DNA of 26,914 nucleotides from Elainellaceae cyanobacterium. GTDB taxonomy: Bacteria; Cyanobacteriota; Cyanobacteriia; CAZCXK01. A program made the position numbers and the translations under genes. Positions 17,952-24,486 of the stretch are shown here, in pieces. The stretch is taken from the NCBI GenBank assembly GCA_051117555.1, contig JBNPEG010000210.1, positions 1 through 26,914 of the forward strand, read 5' to 3'. The notes under the pieces were generated by a model that was given only the letters and a program-made list of their open reading frames with translations, was not told the origin of the DNA and searched no databases. The stretch's first letter is position 1. Every line of letters begins with the position of its first letter.

Positions 17952-18794
17952 CTAATCTTTCAGCAAGTGCATGATGTCCCGCTTGATGTCAATGAATTGT
18001 GGACTGAGTTTGACTTCTAAATCGCGGTCGGGAGGTAAGTTGACAGGAACTTCTTGCTTCAAACGTCCCGGCCCTCGACTCATCACATAAACGCGCTGTG
18101 ACAAGAAAATGGCTTCCTCAACATCATGGGTAATCATAAAGACGGTGGTATGGGTTTGCTCCCAAAGCTCTAGCAGGAATTGCTGCATCTGTTCTTTGGT
18201 TTGAGCATCCAGTGCGCCGAAGGGTTCATCCATGAGCAAGACTTCGGGCTGATTAGCAAGGGCACGGGCGATCGCCACCCGCTGTTTCATCCCGCCTGAT
18301 AGCTGCTTAGGCAGGGCTTTTGCAAACTTAGTAAGCCCGACGACATTGAGATAATATGCCACCCTTTCTCGCTGCTCTGCCTTGGGCATCTTGCTAATAC
18401 TCAAGCCAAAGCGAATGTTTTCGGCTACCGTGAGCCACGGATAGAGAGTATAGCTCTGAAATACCATGCCGCGATCGGAGCCGGGACCTAATACCTCTGC
18501 GCCATCTACCAAGATGTGCCCCGAAGACGGCTGCTCTAATCCGGCAATGATGTTGAGAAGGGTCGATTTGCCGCAGCCTGAGGTACCCACCAAACACACG
18601 AATTCACCCGGACAGAGCTCCAAATTGATGTCATCTAACACGTTTAATAATTTGCCCCGCTGCGTCTGAAACGATTTGGATAAAGCGACGACTTGCAACT
18701 TTGGCTGACTGAAACCGGAATCAGAACGTGCAGGATTTGCAGATGCAGTAACAGAGTCTGGCAACGTATCCGTGGAAACGGCTTTAGAAGACAT
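17952..18794 (-). CDS. ABC transporter ATP-binding protein (NitT/TauT), system 2
   Basis: GTSGCGKST, LSGGMKQR, LLMDEPF, ITHD. ATG at 18794 preferred. Confidence 0.95.
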   Translation of the reverse strand: MSSKAVSTDTLPDSVTASANPARSDSGFSQPKLQVVALSKSFQTQRGKLLNVLDDINLELCPGEFVCLVGTSGCGKSTLLNIIAGLEQPSSGHILVDGAEVLGPGSDRGMVFQSYTLYPWLTVAENIRFGLSISKMPKAEQRERVAYYLNVVGLTKFAKALPKQLSGGMKQRVAIARALANQPEVLLMDEPFGALDAQTKEQMQQFLLELWEQTHTTVFMITHDVEEAIFLSQRVYVMSRGPGRLKQEVPVNLPPDRDLEVKLSPQFIDIKRDIMHLLKD

Positions 18795-18809
18795 GAAGCA
18801 ACTCTCAAT

Positions 18810-18843
18810 AAGACAGGGCAAGCAGGAAGACAGGGCAAGCAGG
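18810..18843. repeat. Perfect 17-bp tandem duplication
   Basis: AAGACAGGGCAAGCAGG twice. Confidence 0.85.
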
Positions 18844-18994
18844 CGTTAGTCAAACTGAACTGTTGAGTAGGCTGAAGTAGGCTAGGTTAATTGGGTTGTT
18901 ACGTTTTAGTAAACCTGATTCAGACCGAATGAATTGTTGAACGCGATACAGTTGCACTGCTGGGCTGTCAATTCAAGTTTGACAGATTTTCAGC

Positions 18995-19036
18995 GTATCT
19001 GTAACTACAAAAAATTCTCACGGGAGTTCATAGACT
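18995..19036 (+). promoter_or_regulatory. Canonical NtcA-activated (class II) promoter for the Rieske 3-permease operon
   Basis: GTA-TCTGTAAC-TAC (18995-19008), 22-nt spacer, TAGACT (19031-19036): GTA-N8-TAC-N22-TAN3T. Confidence 0.8.
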
Positions 19037-19070
19037 GATTCGATAATACAACCTATGCAATCCTGGCGCT

Positions 19071-20273
19071 GTGGCAATGGTTAGCTTTATCGAAACGTCT
19101 CAAGACCGTGGTCAAGGTGCTTCTACAATTCTGGATTGGTTGCAGTCATGGCAGCCGCGATCGCTCCATACTGAGGCGATCGCCCTCCCCGCTGAGATGT
19201 ACACGTCTCCAGAGGTTTACAGGCTAGAGCAACAGCAAATTTTTGGCAAATATTGGTACTATGTCGGGCATATTAACCAGTTGCGCGGCCCCAATTCATA
19301 TTTCACGGTTGACATCGCCGAACAGCCGCTGGTGATTCTCCAAAATCAGGCAGGAGACTTGCGCGGCTTTTTCAATGTTTGCACTCATCGCGCGGGGCCT
19401 GTGGCACTTGACAGCGGTACGTGTCATCGACTCACCTGCCTCTACCACGCCTGGAGCTTTGATTTAGAAGGCAACTTGCGTGGGTTGCCCGATATGGAAT
19501 CGGCAGAGAATTTCGATAAAGCGGCTCATGCGCTGACGCCCGTCAAAGTCGAAACATGGGGACCGTTCATTTTTGTCAATCTCGATCCGGCGTCTGACTC
19601 TCTAGCAGTGCAGCTCGGTGAGCTACCTGAGATGTTTCAGCGCTATCACCTCCACACGTGGGTAAGGGCGCACAGCATTGATTACTGGACAGACACCAAC
19701 TGGAAACTCTACGTAGAAAATAACACCGAGAGCTATCACGAACCGTCGGTTCATCCGATTTTGGCGAAGTACTATCAGCACGTCAAGGCGGAGGCGAGAT
19801 ATCACTACTATCTGCAATATACGCCCGCTGTTCCAGATTCTGAGGAAGTCTTATCTGACTATAAGCCCGGCACCTATCAGCTTGGGCTAAATGATTATGA
19901 GATGGCTGGCATCTCGACTATGAGCTTTTTCCCAAACTTTGCCTGGATTCTTTCTCCCACCTGCGCCATCATTTACCTAATTGATCCCCAAGGTCCGACT
20001 CGCAGCCGCATCCGCTGGGACTGGCTCGTCCCCAATACCGAAGCAGCGTTGTCAGCAGAGAATTTGGAACCGCTCATCGAGTTTTATGACGACATTCAGA
20101 AAGAAGACCTAGCCTTGCTGCCAGAGATTCAGAAACGAATTCAATCGCTGGGCTATCGAACCGGGCGTCTGTCTCCGACTCGTGAGATGGGTACCCACTT
20201 GTTTCAAGAGCTGATTCTGAAGTCGATTACTGCTGAAATGATGGCTACAGCAAGTGTTGTTCAACCACGCTAA
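19071..20273 (+). CDS. Rieske non-heme iron oxygenase alpha subunit (choline monooxygenase-like), copy 3; close paralog of copy 2
   Basis: NVCTHR...CLYHAW; NWKLYVENNTESYHEPSVH; QKED. Start may be the ATG at 19077. Confidence 0.93.
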   Translation: MAMVSFIETSQDRGQGASTILDWLQSWQPRSLHTEAIALPAEMYTSPEVYRLEQQQIFGKYWYYVGHINQLRGPNSYFTVDIAEQPLVILQNQAGDLRGFFNVCTHRAGPVALDSGTCHRLTCLYHAWSFDLEGNLRGLPDMESAENFDKAAHALTPVKVETWGPFIFVNLDPASDSLAVQLGELPEMFQRYHLHTWVRAHSIDYWTDTNWKLYVENNTESYHEPSVHPILAKYYQHVKAEARYHYYLQYTPAVPDSEEVLSDYKPGTYQLGLNDYEMAGISTMSFFPNFAWILSPTCAIIYLIDPQGPTRSRIRWDWLVPNTEAALSAENLEPLIEFYDDIQKEDLALLPEIQKRIQSLGYRTGRLSPTREMGTHLFQELILKSITAEMMATASVVQPR

Positions 20274-20285
20274 CGAGAGGAAACA

Positions 20286-21152
20286 TTGCTCATGGCACAA
20301 TCTAGTCTCACGACTCCATCCATGCGACCTACTACCCGTGAGCGTCGATATCTCAAGCCCTCTGTGTTTTGGAGTCTTCGTCAAGGATTCCCACCCCTGT
20401 TAGGGTTTTTATTGTCGTGTATCGCGCTGGCGATTCCTATTGGGCTCTGGGCGATGATGAGTTACGCCGGTTGGGTGACGCCAATCTTTTTACCGACTCC
20501 TACTGCTATCCTCAAGGCTGGAGCGGAAATGTTCGCTCAAGATAACCTGATTGTGGATATACTCGTCAGTTGCGGTCGAGTGGCGGCGGGTTTCTTCGTC
20601 GCGGGTATTGTGGGCGTTCCGATTGGCATTGCGATGGGAACGTTTCACAGCATGGAAAGCCTGTTTGCCCCCATCGTGGGCACAGTTCGCTATATGCCTG
20701 TGATGGCGTTTGTGCCGCTGATTGTAATTTGGGTCGGGTTGGGAGAAGCGTCCAAGATCGTCATCATTTTCTTAGGGGTTGTTCTTTACAATGCCATCAT
20801 GGTTGCCGATGCAGTCAAGTTCATTCCGAATGAAATGATTAATGTAGCCTATACTCTGGGCGCTAATCGCAGAGAAGTTTTGTTTCGGGTGATTTTGCCA
20901 GCAACATTCCCTAGCATTTTAGATACTTTGCGGGTCAATATTTCCGGAGCCTGGAATTTTCTGGTGATCGCTGAGCTTGTGGCTGCCCAAAGCGGTTTGG
21001 GATATACGATTGTGCAAGCACAGCGCTTCTTGCAAACTGAGAAGGTTTTATTTTGTATTGCTCTCATCGGTCTAATTGGCTTACTGATCGACTATGGGCT
21101 TAAGTTTGTTTCGAGACTGTTGACACCCTGGGCCGATCAAGCCCGAAGTTAA
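20286..21152 (+). CDS. ABC transporter permease (NitT/TauT), system 2
   Basis: FLPTP, RYMP..AF.PL..IWVG.GE..K, AYTLGA, AELVAA.SGLG. Confidence 0.93.
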   Translation: MLMAQSSLTTPSMRPTTRERRYLKPSVFWSLRQGFPPLLGFLLSCIALAIPIGLWAMMSYAGWVTPIFLPTPTAILKAGAEMFAQDNLIVDILVSCGRVAAGFFVAGIVGVPIGIAMGTFHSMESLFAPIVGTVRYMPVMAFVPLIVIWVGLGEASKIVIIFLGVVLYNAIMVADAVKFIPNEMINVAYTLGANRREVLFRVILPATFPSILDTLRVNISGAWNFLVIAELVAAQSGLGYTIVQAQRFLQTEKVLFCIALIGLIGLLIDYGLKFVSRLLTPWADQARS

Positions 21153-21170
21153 GGGGATGGTTGATCTTAG

Positions 21171-21290
21171 AGGCCGTAAAGAAACAACTTCACGATTTGA
21201 TTGAGCCGTAGGGTGCTGTATAGCCTTTCAGGCATGGCTACGCTAACGCGTCAGCGCAACGCGCCACCATGAGGTTATTTTTTAACAAGC
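21171..21290. mobile_element. MITE-like element with an internal REP-like hairpin, copy 2
   Basis: Near-identical direct copy of 8302-8425, with CTTAG at both flanks. Confidence 0.7.
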
Positions 21291-21329
21291 TTAGGAAAGA
21301 CGATGAATTCTGTTTATTAGCTTTGCTTC

Positions 21330-21417
21330 TATTGCAATCCCAGATGGGTTGTGAGTGATGGGACGCCGCCCGCCCCACCGCTCACACACAATTCACAAGC
21401 GATTTAGGATCGCTATA
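21330..21417. mobile_element. MITE/short dispersed repeat, TATAGCRATCC family, copy 3 (inverted)
   Basis: Reverse complement of the 9903 and 14299 elements; ends 5 bp before the hydrolase ATG. Confidence 0.8.
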
Positions 21418-21422
21418 TTTCT

Positions 21423-22037
21423 ATGACTCTTGATTTAGATTTGACCACAACAGCTCTGATTTGCGTCGATTTGCAATCCGGCGTGTTTACGGATGAAGGC
21501 ACTCTGACCCACGTTGGGACAGACGAGGTTTTGACCCACGCAAAACAAGTCTTGGCAGCGGCTCGTGAAGCGACGCTCCCGATTATCCATTTCAAGGAAG
21601 TACATCGAAAAGAGATGGTAGACTTTGGGCGCGAACTCGATGGCGCAGAACCGATTCACTATCTTGAAACCTGGTCAAGTACTGACTATCATGCAGAACT
21701 GGCTCCTGTTGATGGAGAATTTGCGATCGCCAAACGACGCTACAGTTGCTTTTTCGGCACCGATTTGGAAATTCTGCTGCGAGGATTAAAAGTCGATACG
21801 TTAATCCTGATGGGGACAATGACCAATGTGTGTGTTCATTACACAGCAGTGGATGCCCATCAGTGGGATTACCGCATTCATGTGATTGAAGATTGCTGCG
21901 CGGGGTCTGATTGGGATGCTCATTGGGCTGCTCTCAGAGCCATAGAGTATCTCCAAACGGGCGCTCGAATTTCTCACATCGATTTCATTAAGGCAGTGCA
22001 GCAGGGGCATCGGACTGTAGTGCCTTCTCACACATAG
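21423..22037 (+). CDS. Cysteine hydrolase (isochorismatase/nicotinamidase family)
   Basis: Catalytic triad D (CVDLQ), K (AKRRYSCF) and C (TNVCV). Confidence 0.93.
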   Translation: MTLDLDLTTTALICVDLQSGVFTDEGTLTHVGTDEVLTHAKQVLAAAREATLPIIHFKEVHRKEMVDFGRELDGAEPIHYLETWSSTDYHAELAPVDGEFAIAKRRYSCFFGTDLEILLRGLKVDTLILMGTMTNVCVHYTAVDAHQWDYRIHVIEDCCAGSDWDAHWAALRAIEYLQTGARISHIDFIKAVQQGHRTVVPSHT

Positions 22038-22350
22038 TTCACAAGCCATCTGGGATTGCTACAGGATCGCTATAAAACACAATTCAATCATCCCGATTAG
22101 ACAGTTATTACTAACAGCTTGTTCTCAATTATTAAGAATTACATTGAAAATAATGCCCAAGAAGAATAAATTTTATTAACAATTCAATTGGGTATCAGGC
22201 AAACTTTCTAGACTTTAGATAGGATTCTTATCTGGTTCTCATCTGAGAGTCAGGGTTCTTTAAGAGAACTTATTCATAATAAGAACTAAAGCGATACATG
22301 TACGTCAATCAAGCAAGATAACTTGCTTCATACGTACAAGGAGGCACGTT

Positions 22351-22764
22351 ATGAAACGTCTAATTCTCAGTGGTCTTTCCGTTCTGTTTGCATCTACGCT
22401 GGCGATTCCTCTCGCTGGAGCCGCAGAAGAGAATCGCCGCCCCCAGACTCCGGATGATGCAACAATTCTTGGACTTTCCGAGCGTCAGCGCGAAGAGTTT
22501 TTAGAAGGACAAGGTAATCAACTCTCAGAGCGTCAGCGTGAGGAGTTTTTAGAGGGGCAAGGTAATCAGCTCTCTGACCGCCAACGGAGTGAATTCTTAG
22601 AGGGGCAAGGCAACAAATTAGCACCCCGTCATCGACAAGAATTCCAAGAAAGTTTGAGTAGCAAGCTTTCCGAACGTCAGCGCGACGAATTCTTAGGCGG
22701 ACAAGGAAACCAGCTTTCCGAACGTCAGCGCGACGAATTCTTAGGCGGACAAGGAAACCAATAA
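22351..22764 (+). CDS. Secreted protein with six 16-aa tandem repeats
   Basis: AGGAGG RBS, Sec-type signal MKRLILSGLSVLFASTLAIPLAGA, repeat LSERQREEFLEGQGNQ with synonymous variation between copies. Confidence 0.85.
   Translation: MKRLILSGLSVLFASTLAIPLAGAAEENRRPQTPDDATILGLSERQREEFLEGQGNQLSERQREEFLEGQGNQLSDRQRSEFLEGQGNKLAPRHRQEFQESLSSKLSERQRDEFLGGQGNQLSERQRDEFLGGQGNQ
22474..22761 (+). repeat. Six 48-bp coding tandem repeats
   Basis: Consensus CTTTCCGARCGTCAGCGCGANGARTTYTTAGRNGGACAAGGNAAYCAR; the last two copies are almost identical. Confidence 0.9.
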
Positions 22765-22826
22765 ACTCAATCAATGGTTTCACCATCGATTCGCTTAGAT
22801 AAGCTGGCAACTGTTAATTTTCTACA

Positions 22827-24059
22827 TCAATGTTGATGAGTTGACCTTGCTAATTGCCAGCATTCTTGAGCGATCGCCCAATCTTCGAGGGTATGAACGA
22901 CCACAACCCGAACGGTTGACTCAGGTCGAGCGATATCCACGTCGACAGGCGATCGCTCATTTTTTTGCTTATCTAGCTTTACGCCCAAAAACTCAAACGC
23001 TTCGCAGGCGAGTGCTCGCGTCGGCGGGTGATGTTCGCCAATGCCGGCGGTAAACACCAGCACATCTAGTCCACCCAAGGATGCCATCATGGCTCCAATG
23101 TGGGTCTTTAGACGATGAACAAATACATCGAGTGCAAGCTGAGCCCGCTGATTCCCGTGGGCGATCGCCCCATCAATCTGGCGCATGTCGTTCGACACAC
23201 CGGATATTCCTTTGAGCCCTGATTCTCGATTCAAGATGTGATTGAGCTGCTCAGCAGTGTAATCACCTTGTTTCAGCAGGTGAATTAACAGTCCGGGGTC
23301 AACCGAACCGGAACGACTGCCCATCATTAATCCTTCTAAGGGAGTAAACCCCATCGTCGTGTTGATGCTATGGCCATTTTGAATTGCGGCGAGTGAGCAC
23401 CCATTGCCAAGGTGGCAGGTAATAATGCGCAATGAGGCCAGCTCTTGCCCAAGAATTTGGGCGGCACGACGGGCGCAGTATTGATGGCTAATGCCGTGAA
23501 ATCCGTAGCGGCGAATTCCCTGCTGCAACCAGTCGTAGGGGCCGGGATATACGATTGCGGCTTGGGGCATGCGGCTGTGAAACGCCGTATCAAACACCGC
23601 AACCTGAGGAATATCGTGCCCCAAAATTTGCTCTACCGCGTCAATTCCTTCTAGATTGGCGGGGTTGTGGGCAGGCGCTAGGGGAATGAGACGGGCGATC
23701 GCCTCTTTGACATCAGGCGTAATCCAGGTGCTGTCTTGATAGTCAGCTCCGCCATGCACCACGCGATGCCCCACCAACTGAATATCGTCTGGACGTTCGA
23801 TGACTTGGGTCGACCCTTGCCACAGGGTTTTGAGCATCTCTGCGATACCGTCAGGGCGAGAATCGGGCTCTAAGGATGCTTCGAGGGTGTCTCCATGAGC
23901 AGTTTTAACAGTTAACTCCGCCGCATTTGACTGCTTTGTCCAGTCGATTTGAGCGTCCCAGAGGGGTTCTAGCGGATGGTCGGGCAATTGATCGCGAGAA
24001 AACTGGTAAAGACAGCTTTTTTGACTGCTCGATCCGGCATTCATAACAAGAATGTTCAT
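22827..24059 (-). CDS. ackA: Acetate kinase
   Basis: ILVMNAGSSS.K, VGHRVVHGG, PLAPAHNP, VAVFDTAFH, RRYGFHG.SH, CHLGNG.S, TMGFTPLEGL.MG.RSG, VFTAGIGE. Confidence 0.97.
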   Translation of the reverse strand: MNILVMNAGSSSQKSCLYQFSRDQLPDHPLEPLWDAQIDWTKQSNAAELTVKTAHGDTLEASLEPDSRPDGIAEMLKTLWQGSTQVIERPDDIQLVGHRVVHGGADYQDSTWITPDVKEAIARLIPLAPAHNPANLEGIDAVEQILGHDIPQVAVFDTAFHSRMPQAAIVYPGPYDWLQQGIRRYGFHGISHQYCARRAAQILGQELASLRIITCHLGNGCSLAAIQNGHSINTTMGFTPLEGLMMGSRSGSVDPGLLIHLLKQGDYTAEQLNHILNRESGLKGISGVSNDMRQIDGAIAHGNQRAQLALDVFVHRLKTHIGAMMASLGGLDVLVFTAGIGEHHPPTRALACEAFEFLGVKLDKQKNERSPVDVDIARPESTVRVVVVHTLEDWAIAQECWQLARSTHQH

Positions 24060-24153
24060 GGCATGCTCAACTTGGCGATCGCAGGGGTGATGTCCTTAGT
24101 GTGCCGGAAACAGTATCTAGAAGAAAGGGCAAAATACACACCTCTTGAGCAGG

Positions 24154-24274
24154 TATAGCCCTACGGGCTTAGGTTTGTGTGGTGCCCCCCCCGGCGAAAC
24201 CCAACAAACCCTGGTATTATTGAGCTTCGCTGACACTAACCCAACCTACTAACGCTCAAGCGCATACCGCTATA
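24154..24274. repeat. Composite dispersed repeat (MITE end, REP-like core, different MITE end)
   Basis: 24154-24184 matches the 15759 element's left end. 24195-24249 resembles the REP at 2085. CTCAAGCGCATACCGCTATA matches the inverted left end of the 17770 element. Confidence 0.7.
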
Positions 24275-24486
24275 GAGAATGGATATAAGATTTCTAGAAT
24301 CTCAAAGATTCCAGGGTTCTGAGAATTCCTAGCAAAATAAATTGCACGATTGCAAATGCGATCGCCCGTTTCCTTACTAATCCCTACAGTGTTATCGACC
24401 CGTCTCTGCTCGAACTCCTTCATTCTGTCCCTCTAATCAAGACTAACAGCGTGTCTAGCCTTAAACATGTAGATTGGGTAAGCCTA

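Noticed and set aside
22474..22761. CRISPR-like or non-coding repeat
   Set aside because: In-frame 48-bp units with synonymous variation indicate a coding repeat. The antisense ORF 22394-22810 is a shadow.
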